Of a stretch of 64,000 nt of DNA, positions 52,734 through 64,000 are shown one piece after another (position 1 is the stretch's first letter; each line of letters starts with the position of its first letter). Under the pieces are notes generated by a model that was not told where the DNA came from, searched no databases, and saw only the letters and a list, made by a program, of their open reading frames with translations. Both the position numbers and the translations under genes were made by a program. The DNA is from the human T2T-CHM13v2.0 reference genome, Homo sapiens. The stretch is taken from NCBI RefSeq assembly GCF_009914755.1, contig NC_060933.1. One strand, 5' to 3'.

Positions 52734-55700
52734 CATTCTCAGAAACTTATTTGCGATGTGTGTCCTCAACTAACAGAGTTGAACCTTTGTTTTGATACAA
52801 CATTTTGGAAACACTCTTTTTGTAGAATCTGCAAGTGGATATTTGGATAGCTTTGAAGGTTTCGTTGGAAACGGGAATATCTTCATATAAAATCAAGACA
52901 GAAGCATTCTCAGAAACTTCTCTGTGATGTTTGCATTCAACTCATAGAGTTGAACACTTCCCTTCATAGAGCAGGTTTGAAACACTCTTTTTGTAATATT
53001 TGGAAGTGGACATTTGCAGCGCTTTGAGGCCTATGTTGAAAAAGGAAATATCTTCTCCTAAAAACCAGACAGAAGCATTCTCAGAAACTTCCTTGTGATG
53101 TGTGTACTCAAGTAACAGAGTTGAACCTTACTTTTGACAGAGCCGTTTTGAAACAGTCTTTTTGTAGAATCTGGAAGTAGATATTTGGACACCTTTGAGG
53201 ATTTCTTTGGAAACGGGATATCTTCATATAAAATCTAGACAGAAGCATTCTCAGAAACTTCTTTGTGCTGTATGTCCTCAATTAACAGAGTTGAACCTTT
53301 GTGTGGATACAGCATTTTGGAAACACTCCTTTAGTAGGATATGCAAGTTGATATTTAGATAGCTAGGAAGATTTCCTTGGAAACGGGAATATCTTCATAT
53401 AAAATGTAGACGGAAGCATTCTCAGAAAGTGCTTTGTGATGTTTGCATTCAAGTCACAGAGTTGAATATTCCCTTTTATAGAGCAGGTTTGAAACACTCT
53501 TTCTGCACTACCTGGAAGTGGACATTTGGAGCTCTTTGAGGCCTATGTTGAAAAAGGAAATATCTTCCCATAAAAACTAGACAGAAGCATTCTCAGAAAC
53601 TTGTTTGTGATGTGTGTATTCAACTAACAGGGATGAACCTTTCTTTTTACAGAGCAGTTTTGAAACACTCTTTTTGTGGAATCTGAAAGTGGATATTTGG
53701 ATAGCTTTGAGGATTTCGTTGGAAACGGGATTACATATAAAATCTAGAGAGAAGCATTCTCAGGAACTTCTTTGTGATGTTTGCATTCAAGTCACAGAAC
53801 TGAACATTCCCTTTCATAGAGCATGTTTGAAACACTCTTTCTGTAGTATCTGCAAGCGGACGTTTCAAGCGCTTTCAGGCGTATGGTGAGAAAGGAAATA
53901 TCTTCAAGAAAAAACTAGACAGAAGCATTCTCAGAAGCTTTTTTGCCATGTGTGTTCTCAACTAACAGAGTTGAACCTTTGTTTTGATACGGCATTTTGG
54001 AAACACTCTTTTTGTAGAATCTGCAGGTGGATATTCGGATAGATTTGAAGGATTCGTTGGAAACGGGAATACCTTCATATAAAATCTAGACGGAAGCATT
54101 CTCAGAAACTGCTTTGTGATGTTTTCATTGAAGTCACAGAGTAGAATGTTCCCTTTTATATACCAGGTTTGAGACACTCTTTCTGCACTATCTGGAAGTG
54201 GACATTTGGAGCGCTTTGAGGCCTATGATGAAAAAGGAAATATCTTCCCATAAAAACTAGACAGAAGCATTCTCAGAAACTTGTTTGTGATGTGTGTATT
54301 CAACTAACAGAGATGAACCTTTCTTTTTACAGAGCAGTTTTGAAACACTCTTTTTGTGGAATCTGAAAGTGGATATTTGGATAGCTTTGAGGATTTCGTT
54401 GGAAACGGGATTACATATAAAATCTAGAGAGAAGCATTCTCAGGAACTTCTTTGTGATGTTTGCATTCAAGTCACAGAACTGAACATTCCCTTTCATAGA
54501 GCATGTTTGAAACACTCTTTCTGTAGTATCTGCAAGCGGACGTTTCAAGCGCTTTCAGGCCTATGGTGAGAAAGGAAATATCTTCAAGTAAAAACTAGAC
54601 AGAAGCATTCTCAGAAACTTATTTGTCATGTGTGTTCTCAACTAACAGAGTTGAACCTTTGTTTGGATACGGCATTTTGGAAACACTCTTTTTGTAGGAT
54701 CTGCAGGTGGATATTCGGATAGCTTTGAAGGTTTCGTTGGAAACGGGAATATCTTCATATAAAATCTAGACGGAAGCATTCTCAGAAACTGCTTTGTGAT
54801 GTTTTCATTGAAGTCACAGAGTAGAATGTTCCCTTTTATATACCAGGTTTGAGACACTCTTTCTGCACTATCTGGAAGTGGACATTTGGAGCGCTTTGAG
54901 GCCTATGATGAAAAAGGAAATATCTTCCCATAAAAACTAGACAGAAGCATTCTCAGAAACTTGTTTGTGATGTGTGTATTCAACTAACAGAGATGAACCT
55001 TTCTTTTTACAGAGCAGTTTTGAAACACTCTTTTTGTGGAATCTGAAAGTGGATATTTGGATAGCTTTGAGGATTTCGTTGGAAACGGGATTACATATAA
55101 AATCTAGAGAGAAGCATTCTCAGGAACTTCTTTGTGATGTTTGCATTCACGTCACAGAACTGAACATTCCCTTTCATAGAGCATGTTTGAAACACTCTTT
55201 CTGTAGTATCTGCAAACGGACATTTCAAGCGCTTTCAGGCCTATGGTAAGAAAGGAAATATCTTCAAATAAAAACTAGACAGAAGCATTCTCAGAAACTT
55301 ATTTGCGATGTGTGTCCTCAACTAACAGAGTTGAACCTTTGTTTTGATACAACATTTTGGAAACACTCTTTTTGTAGAATCTGCAAGTGGATATTTGGAT
55401 AGCTTTGAAGGTTTCGTTGGAAACGGGAATATCTTCATATAAAATCAAGACAGAAGCATTCTCAGAAACTTCTCTGTGATGTTTGCATTCAACTCATAGA
55501 GTTGAACACTTCCCTTCATAGAGCAGGTTTGAAACACTCTTTTTGTAATATTTGGAAGTGGACATTTGCAGCGCTTTGAGGCCTATGTTGAAAAAGGAAA
55601 TATCTTCTCCTAAAAACCAGACAGAAGCATTCTCAGAAACTTCCTTGTGATGTGTGTACTCAAGTAACAGAGTTGAACCTTACTTTTGACAGAGCCGTTT

Positions 55701-57837
55701 TGAAACAGTCTTTTTGTAGAATCTGGAAGTAGATATTTGGACACCTTTGAGGATTTCTTTGGAAACGGGATATCTTCATATAAAATCTAGACAGAAGCAT
55801 TCTCAGAAACTTCTTTGTGCTGTATGTCCTCAATTAACAGAGTTGAACCTTTGTGTGTATACAGCATTTTGGAAACACTCCTTTAGTAGAATCTGCAAGT
55901 TGATATTTAGATAGCTAGGAAGATTTCCTTGGAAACGGGAATATCTTCATATAAAATCTAGACGGAAGCATTCTGAGAAAGTGCTTTGTGATGTTTGCAT
56001 TCAAGTCACAGAGTTGAATATTCCCTTTTATAGAGCAGGTTTGAAACACTCTTTCTGCACTACCTGGAAGTGGACATTTGGAGCGCTTTGAGGCCTATGT
56101 TGAAAAAGGAAATATCTTCCCATAAAAACTAGACAGAAGCATTCTCAGAAACTTGTTTGTGATGTGTGTATTCAACTAACAGAGACGAACCTTTCTTTTT
56201 ACAGAGCAGTTTTGAAACACTCTTTTTGTGGAATCTGAAAGTGGATATTTGGATAGCTTTGAGGATTTCGTTGGAAACGGGATTACATATAAAATCTAGA
56301 GAGAAGCATTCTCAGGAACTTCTTTGTGATGTTTGCATTCAAGTCACAGAACTGAACATTCCCTTTCATAGAGCATGTTTGAAACACTCTTTCTGTAGTA
56401 TCTGCAAGCGGACGTTTCAAGCGCTTTCAGGCCTATGGTGAGAAAGGAAATATCTTCAAGTAAAAACTAGACAGAAGCATTCTCAGAAGCTTTTTTGCCA
56501 TGTGTGTTCTCAACTAACAGAGTTGAACCTTTGTTTTGATACGGCATTTTGGAAACACTCTTTTTGTAGAATCTGCAGGTGGATATTCGGATAGCTTTGA
56601 AGGATTCGTTGGAAACGGGAATACCTTCATATAAAATCTAGACGGAAGCATTCTCAGAAACTGCTTTGTGATGTTTTCATTGAAGTCACAGAGTAGAATG
56701 TTCCCTTTTATATACCAGGTTTGAGACACTCTTTCTGCACTATCTGGAAGTGGACATTTGGAGCGCTTTGAGGCCTATGATGAAAAAGGAAATATCTTCC
56801 CATAAAAACTACACAGAAGCATTCTCAGAAACTTGTTTGTGATGTGTGTATTCAACTAACAGAGATGAACCTTTCTTTTTACAGAGCAGTTTTGAAACAC
56901 TCTTTTTGTGGAATCTGAAAGTGGATATTTGGATAGCTTTGAGGATTTCGTTGGAAACGGGATTACATATAAAATCTAGAGAGAAGCATTCTCAGGAACT
57001 TCTTTGTGATGTTTGCATTCAAGTCACAGAACTGAACATTCCCTTTCATAGAGCATGTTTGAAACACTCTTTCTGTAGTATCTGCAAGCGGACGTTTCAA
57101 GCGCTTTCAGGCCTATGGTGAGAAAGGAAATATCTTCAAGTAAAAACTAGACAGAAGCATTCTCAGAAACTTATTTGCCATGTGTGTTCTCAACTAACAG
57201 AGTTGAACCTTTGTTTGGATACGGCATTTTGGAAACACTCTTTTTGTAGGATCTGCAGGTGGATATTCGGATAGCTTTGAAGGTTTCGTTGGAAACGGGA
57301 ATATCTTCATATAAAATCTAGACGGAAGCATTCTCAGAAACTGCTTTGTGATGTTTTCATTGAAGTCACAGAGTAGAATGTTCCCTTTTATATACCAGGT
57401 TTGAGACACTCTTTCTGCACTATCTGGAAGTGGACATTTGGAGCGCTTTGAGGCCTATGATGAAAAAGGAAATATCTTCCCATAAAAACTAGACAGAAGC
57501 ATTCTCAGAAACTTGTTTGTGATGTGTGTATTCAACTAACAGAGATGAACCTTTCTTTTTACAGAGCAGTTTTGAAACACTCTTTTTGTGGAATCTGAAA
57601 GTGGATATTTGGATAGCTTTGAGGATTTCGTTGGAAACGGGATTACATATAAAATCTAGAGAGAAGCATTCTCAGGAACTTCTTTGTGATGTTTGCATTC
57701 ACGTCACAGAACTGAACATTCCCTTTCATAGAGCATGTTTGAAACACTCTTTCTGTAGTATCTGCAAACGGACATTTCAAGCGCTTTCAGGCCTATGGTA
57801 AGAAAGGAAATATCTTCAAATAAAAACTAGACAGAAG
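52734..57837 (+). repeat. Two 15-mer HOR variants (2552 bp each; F-G-H-I duplicated)
   Basis: Spacings 1192/680/680 twice (53614, 54294, 54974; 56166, 56846, 57526). Confidence 0.93.
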
Positions 57838-59709
57838 CATTCTCAGAAACTTATTTGCGATGTGTGTCCTCAACTAACAGAGTTGAACCTTTGTTTTGAT
57901 ACAACATTTTGGAAACACTCTTTTTGTAGAATCTGCAAGTGGATATTTGGATAGCTTTGAAGGTTTCGTTGGAAAAGGGAATATCTTCATATAAAATCAA
58001 GACAGAAGCATTCTCAGAAACTTCTCTGTGATGTTTGCATTCAACTCATAGAGTTGAACACTTCCCTTCATAGAGCAGGTTTGAAACACTCTTTTTGTAA
58101 TATTTGGAAGTGGACATTTGCAGCGCTTTGAGGCCTATGTTGAAAAAGGAAATATCTTCTCCTAAAAACCAGACAGAAGCATTCTCAGAAACTTCCTTGT
58201 GATGTGTGTACTCAAGTAACAGAGTTGAACCTTACTTTTGACAGAGCCGTTTTGAAACAGTCTTTTTGTAGAATCTGGAAGTAGATATTTGGACACCTTT
58301 GAGGATTTCTTTGGAAACGGGATATCTTCATATAAAATCTAGACAGAAGCATTCTCAGAAACTTCTTTGTGCTGTATGTCCTCAATTAACAGAGTTGAAC
58401 CTTTGTGTGGATACAGCATTTTGGAAACACTCCTTTAGTAGGATATGCAAGTTGATATTTAGATAGCTAGGAAGATTTCCTTGGAAACGGGAATATCTTC
58501 ATATAAAATCTAGACGGAAGCATTCTCAGAAAGTGCTTTGTGATGTTTGCATTCAAGTCACAGAGTTGAATATTCCCTTTTATAGAGCAGGTTTGAAACA
58601 CTCTTTCTGCACTACCTGGAAGTGGACATTTGGAGCGCTTTGAGGCCTATGTTGAAAAAGGAAATATCTTCCCATAAAAACTAGACAGAAGCATTCTCAG
58701 AAACTTGTTTGTGATGTGTGTATTCAACTAACAGAGACGAACCTTTCTTTTTACAGAGCAGTTTTGAAACACTCTTTTTGTGGAATCTGAAAGTGGATAT
58801 TTGGATAGCTTTGAGGATTTCGTTGGAAACGGGATTACATATAAAATCTAGAGAGAAGCATTCTCAGGAACTTCTTTGTGATGTTTGCATTCAAGTCACA
58901 GAACTGAACATTCCCTTTCATAGAGCATGTTTGAAACACTCTTTCTGTAGTATCTGCAAGCGGACGTTTCAAGCGCTTTCAGGCCTATGGTGAGAAAGGA
59001 AATATCTTCAAGTAAAAACTAGACAGAAGCATTCTCAGAAACTTATTTGCCATGTGTGTTCTCAACTAACAGAGTTGAACCTTTGTTTGGATACGGCATT
59101 TTGGAAACACTCTTTTTGTAGAATCTGCAGGTGGATATTCGGATAGCTTTGAAGGTTTCGTTGGAAACGGGAATATCTTCATATAAAATCTAGACGGAAG
59201 CATTCTCAGAAACTGCTTTGTGATGTTTTCATTGAAGTCACAGAGTAGAATGTTCCCTTTTATATACCAGGTTTGAGACACTCTTTCTGCACTATCTGGA
59301 AGTGGACATTTGGAGTGCTTTGAGGCCTATGATGAAAAAGGAAATATCTTCCCATAAAAACTAGACAGAAGCATTCTCAGAAACTTGTTTGTGATGTGTG
59401 TATTCAACTAACAGAGATGAACCTTTCTTTTTACAGAGCAGTTTTGAAACACTCTTTTTGTGGAATCTGAAAGTGGATATTTGGATAGCTTTGAGGATTT
59501 CGTTGGAAACGGGATTACATATAAAATCTAGAGAGAAGCATTCTCAGGAACTTCTTTGTGATGTTTGCATTCACGTCACAGAACTGAACATTCCCTTTCA
59601 TAGAGCATGTTTGAAACACTCTTTCTGTAGTATCTGCAAACGGACATTTCAAGCGCTTTCAGGCCTATGGTAAGAAAGGAAATATCTTCAAATAAAAACT
59701 AGACAGAAG
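57838..59709 (+). repeat. 11-mer HOR
   Basis: Spacing 1192+680. Confidence 0.9.
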
Positions 59710-62261
59710 CATTCTCAGAAACTTATTTGGGATGTGTGTCCTCAACTAACAGAGTTGAACCTTTGTTTTGATACAACATTTTGGAAACACTCTTTTTGTA
59801 GAATCTGCAAGTGGATATTTGGATAGCTTTGAAGGTTTCGTTGGAAACGGGAATATCTTCATATAAAATCAAGACAGAAGCATTCTCAGAAACTTCTCTG
59901 TGATGTTTGCATTCAACTCATAGAGTTGAACCCTTCCCTTCATAGAGCAGGTTTGAAACACTCTTTTTGTAGTATTTGGAAGTGGACATTTGCAGCGCTT
60001 TGAGGCCTATGTTGAAAAAGGAAATATCTTCTCCTAAAAACCAGACAGAAGCATTCTCAGAAACTTCCTTGTGATGTGTGTACTCAAGTAACAGAGTTGA
60101 ACCTTACTTTTGACAGAGCCGTTTTGAAACAGTCTTTTTGTAGAATCTGGAAGTAGATATTTGGATACCTTTGAGGATTTCTTTGGAAACGGGATATCTT
60201 CATATAAAATCTAGACAGAAGCATTCTCAGAAACTTCTTTGTGCTGTATGTCCTCAATTAACAGAGTTGAACCTTTGTGTGGATACAGCATTTTGGAAAC
60301 ATTCCTTTAGTAGAATCTGCAAGTTGATATTTAGATAGCTAGGAAGATTTCCTTGGAAACGGGAATATCTTCATATAAAATCTAGACGGAAGCATTCTCA
60401 GAAAGTGCTTTGTGATGTTTGCATTCAAGTCACAGAGTTGAATATTCCGTTTTATAGAGCAGGTTTGAAACACTCTTTCTGCACTACCTGGAAGTGGACA
60501 TTTGGAACGCTTTGAGACCTATGTTGAAAAAGGAAATATCTTCCCATAAAAACTAGACAGAAGCATTCTCAGAAACTTGTTTGTGATGTGTGTTTTCAAC
60601 TAACAGAGATGAACCTTTCTTTTTACAGAGCAGTTTTGAAACACTCTTTTTGTGGAATCTGAAAGTGGATATTTGGATAGCTTTGAGGATTTCGTTGGAA
60701 ACGGGATTACATATAAAATCTAGAGAGAAGCATTCTCAGGAACTTCTTTGTGATGTTTGCATTCAAGTCACAGAACTGAACATTCCCTTTCATAGAGCAT
60801 GTTTGAAACACTCTTTCTGTAGTATCTGCAAGCGGACGTTTCAAGCGCTTTCAGGCGTATGGTGAGAAAGGAAATATCTTCAAGTAAAAACTAGACAGAA
60901 GCATTCTCAGAAACTTATTTGCCATGTGTGTTCTCAACTAACAGAGTTGAACCTTTGTTTTGATACGGCATTTTGGAAACACTCTTTTTGTAGAATCTGC
61001 AGGTGGATATTCGGATAGCTTTGAAGGTTTCTTTGGAAACGGGAATATCTTCATATAAAATCTAGACGGAAGCATTCTCAGAAACTGCTTTGTGATGTTT
61101 TCATTGAAGTCACAGAGTAGAATGTTCCCTTTTATATACCAGGTTTGAGACACTCTTTCTGCACTATCTGGAAGTGGACATTTGGAGCGCTTTGAGGCCT
61201 ATGATGAAAAAGGAAATATCTTCCCATAAAAACTAGACAGAAGCATTCTCAGAAACTTGTTTGTGATGTGTGTATTCAACTAACAGAGATGAACCTTTCT
61301 TTTTACAGAGCAGTTTTGAAACACTCTTTTTGTGGAATCTGAAAGTGGATATTTGGATAGCTTTGAGGATTTCGTTGGAAACGGGATTACATATAAAATC
61401 TAGAGAGAAGCATTCTCAGGAACTTCTTTGTGATGTTTGCATTCAAGTCAAAGAACTGAACATTCCCTTTCATAGAGCATGTTTGAAACACTCTTTCTGT
61501 AGTATCTGCAAGCGGACGTTTCAAGCGCTTTCAGGCCTATGGTGAGAAAGGAAATATCTTCAAGTAAAAACTAGACAGAAGCATTCTCAGAAACTTATTT
61601 GCCATGTGTGTTCTCAACTAACAGAGTTGAACCTTTGTTTGGATACGGCATTTTGGAAACACTCTTTTTGTAGGATCTGCAGGTGGATATTCGGATAGCT
61701 TTGAAGGTTTCGTTGGAAACGGGAATATCTTCATATAAAATCTAGACGGAAGCATTCTCAGAAACTGCTTTGTGATGTTTTCATTGAAGTCACAGAGTAG
61801 AATGTTCCCTTTTATATACCAGGTTTGAGACACTCTTTCTGCACTATCTGGAAGTGGACATTTGGAGCGCTTTGAGGCCTATGATGAAAAAGGAAATATC
61901 TTCCCATAAAAACTAGACAGAAGCATTCTCAGAAACTTGTTTGTGATGTGTGTATTCAACTAACAGAGATGAACCTTTCTTTTTACAGAGCAGTTTTGAA
62001 ACACTCTTTTTGTGGAATCTGAAAGTGGATATTTGGATAGCTTTGAGGATTTCGTTGGAAACGGGATTACATATAAAATCTAGAGAGAAGCATTCTCAGG
62101 AACTTCTTTGTGATGTTTGCATTCACGTCACAGAACTGAACATTCCCTTTCATAGAGCATGTTTGAAACACTCTTTCTGTAGTATCTGCAAACGGACATT
62201 TCAAGCGCTTTCAGGCCTATGGTAAGAAAGGAAATATCTTCAAATAAAAACTAGACAGAAG
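59710..62261 (+). repeat. Third 15-mer HOR variant (2552 bp)
   Basis: Marker starts at 60590, 61270 and 61950. Confidence 0.93.
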
Positions 62262-64000
62262 CATTCTCAGAAACTTATTTGCGATGTGTGTCCTCAACTA
62301 ACAGAGTTGAACCTTTGTTTTGATACAACATTTTGGAAACACTCTTTTTGTAGAATCTGCAAGTGGATATTTGGATAGCTTTGAAGGTTTCGTTGGAAAC
62401 GGGAATATCTTCATATAAAATCAAGACAGAAGCATTCTCAGAAACTTCTCTGTGATGTTTGCATTCAACTCATAGAGTTGAACACTTCCCTTCATAGAGC
62501 AGGTTTGAAACACTCTTTTTGTAATATTTGGAAGTGGACATTTGCAGCGCTTTGAGGCCTATGTTGAAAAAGGAAATATCTTCTCCTAAAAACCAGACAG
62601 AAGCATTCTCAGAAACTTCCTTGTGATGTGTGTACTCAAGTAACAGAGTTGAACCTTACTTTTGACAGAGCCGTTTTGAAACAGTCTTTTTGTAGAATCT
62701 GGAAGTAGATATTTGGACACCTTTGAGGATTTCTTTGGAAACGGGATATCTTCATATAAAATCTAGACAGAAGCATTCTCAGAAACTTCTTTGTGCTGTA
62801 TGTCCTCAATTAACAGAGTTGAACCTTTGTGTGGATACAGCATTTTGGAAACACTCCTTTAGTAGAATCTGCAAGTTGATATTTAGATAGCTAGGAAGAT
62901 TTCCTTGGAAACGGGAATATCTTCATATAAAATCTAGACGGAAGCATTCTCAGAAAGTGCTTTGTGATGTTTGCATTCAAGTCACAGAGTTGAATATTCC
63001 CTTTTATAGAGCAGGTTTGAAACACTCTTTCTGCACTACCTGGAAGTGGACATTTGGAGCGCTTTGAGGCCTATGTTGAAAAAGGAAATATCTTCCCATA
63101 AAAACTAGACAGAAGCATTCTCAGAAACTTGTTTGTGATGTGTGTATTCAACTAACAGAGATGAACCTTTCTTTTTACAGAGCAGTTTTGAAACACTCTT
63201 TTTGTGGAATCTGAAAGTGGATATTTGGATAGCTTTGAGGATTTCGTTGGAAACGGGATTACATATAAAATCTAGAGAGAAGCATTGTCAGGAACTTCTT
63301 TGTGATGTTTGCATTCAAGTCACAGAACTGAACATTCCCTTTCATAGAGCATGTTTGAAACACTCTTTCTGTAGTATCTGCAAGCGGACGTTTCAAGCGC
63401 TTTCAGGCCTATGGTGAGAAAGGAAATATCTTCAAGTAAAAACTAGACAGAAGCATTCTCAGAAACTTATTTGCCATGTGTGTTCTCAACTAACAGAGTT
63501 GAACCTTTGTTTTGATACGGCATTTTGGAAACACTCTTTTTGTAGAATCTGCAGGTGGAAATTCGGATAGCTTTGAAGGTTTCGTTGGAAACGGGAATAT
63601 CTTCATATAAAATCTAGACGGAAGCATTCTCAGAAACTGCTTTGTGATGTTTTCATTGAAGTCACAGAGTAGAATGTTCCCTTTTATATACCAGGTTTGA
63701 GACACTCTTTCTGCACTATCTGGAAGTGGACATTTGGAGCGCTTTGAGGCCTATGATGAAAAAGGAAATATCTTCCCATAAAAACTAGACAGAAGCAGTC
63801 TCAGAAACTTGTTTGTGATGTGTGTATTCAACTAACAGAGATGAACCTTTCTTTTTACAGAGCAGTTTTGAAACAGTCTTTTTGTAGAATCTGGAAGTAG
63901 ATATTTGGATACCTTTGAGGATTTCTTTGGAAACGGGATATCTTCATATAAAATCTAGACAGAAACATTCTCAGAAACTTCTTTGTGCTGTATGTCCTCA
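62262..64000 (+). repeat. Partial unit with a second F/C hybrid (A-I, F/C, start of D), truncated by window end
   Basis: F head switches to C tail at 63865-63875, followed by D (CTTTGTGCTGTATGTCCTCA) at the window end. Confidence 0.9.

Larger units (their letters stand above)
1..64000 (+). repeat. Centromeric alpha-satellite higher-order repeat array (about 171-bp monomers, about 375 monomers, head-to-tail, single orientation)
   Basis: Hallmark alphoid motifs recur every ~171 bp across the window: CATTCTCAGAAACT, TGTGATGTGTG, ACAGAGTTGAAC, TTTGAAACACTCTTTTTGTAGAATCTGCAAGTGGATATTTGG, and the 17-bp CENP-B box. No non-alphoid stretch was seen. Confidence 0.99.
1..64000 (+). other. Tentative assignment: dimeric SF2-type live HOR array, best guess human chromosome 9 D9Z4 (alternatives: other SF2 11-mer arrays such as D8Z2, D13Z1/D21Z1, D15Z3)
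   Basis: Alternating box-type and pJalpha-type monomers, and 7-mer (1192 bp), 4-mer (680 bp) and 11-mer (1872 bp) periodicities. The chromosome call rests on my recall of published HOR sizes, not on an alignment. Confidence 0.55.

Noticed and set aside
1542-63417. About 65 copies of a 91-aa + strand ORF (MYSTNRDEPFF...) and its 142-aa read-through versions
   Set aside because: These are GTG-started chance frames across monomers F-G of the satellite. They are lengthened or truncated by random single substitutions (e.g. TGA to TGC/GGA, stops at ~1036 and ~30220) and show no recognisable domain or gene context. Used only as positional markers.
1210-63705. Repeated 71-72-aa minus-strand ORFs (MSQTWYIKGN...)
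   Set aside because: Antisense frames over monomers H-I, frameshifted by indels without consequence; typical spurious alphoid translations.
1-64000. CRISPR-like pattern of a conserved motif (AGACAGAAGCATTCTCAGAAAC) separated by variable sequence
   Set aside because: The intervening ~150-bp segments are homologous to each other and recur periodically rather than being unique spacers, and no cas genes are present.
1-64000. Possible transposon insertion, inversion or non-satellite island
   Set aside because: All marker spacings are explained by whole numbers of monomers (plus or minus 1 bp). No poly-A tail, target-site duplication or strand switch was seen.

Overview
The whole 64-kb window is one uninterrupted, single-orientation array of primate (human-type) centromeric alpha-satellite DNA organised as a higher-order repeat (HOR). 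I found no genes, RNA genes, transposon insertions, inversions or CRISPR arrays; every ORF in the track is a by-product of the repeat. The basic unit is an 11-monomer, 1872-bp HOR, labelled here A-B-C-D-E-F-G-H-I-F'-G' (my labels; monomers start at CATTCTCAG; F/F' are 167 bp, C is 170 bp, the rest 171 bp). It divides into a 1192-bp 7-monomer part and a 680-bp 4-monomer part. CENP-B-box-type and pJalpha-type monomers mostly alternate, as in the dimeric suprachromosomal families (most like SF2). My best guess is the chromosome 9 live array D9Z4, which is unverified. About 35 units can be parsed, including structural variants: 6-mers, 7-mers, 15-mers, a 2-mer with an A/F hybrid, and units with an F/C hybrid. 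Shared point variants reveal nested multi-HOR duplications of 3064, 4082, 5616 and 6634 bp. The most notable observations are (i) a 4082-bp out-of-register tandem duplication whose breakpoint is confined exactly to the 17-bp CENP-B box, and (ii) a 241-bp identical tract inside each HOR that explains the 7-mers and 15-mers as reciprocal exchange products. I see no evidence for a new gene-based system; the interest lies in satellite evolution mechanics. All variant calls were made by eye and may be incomplete.
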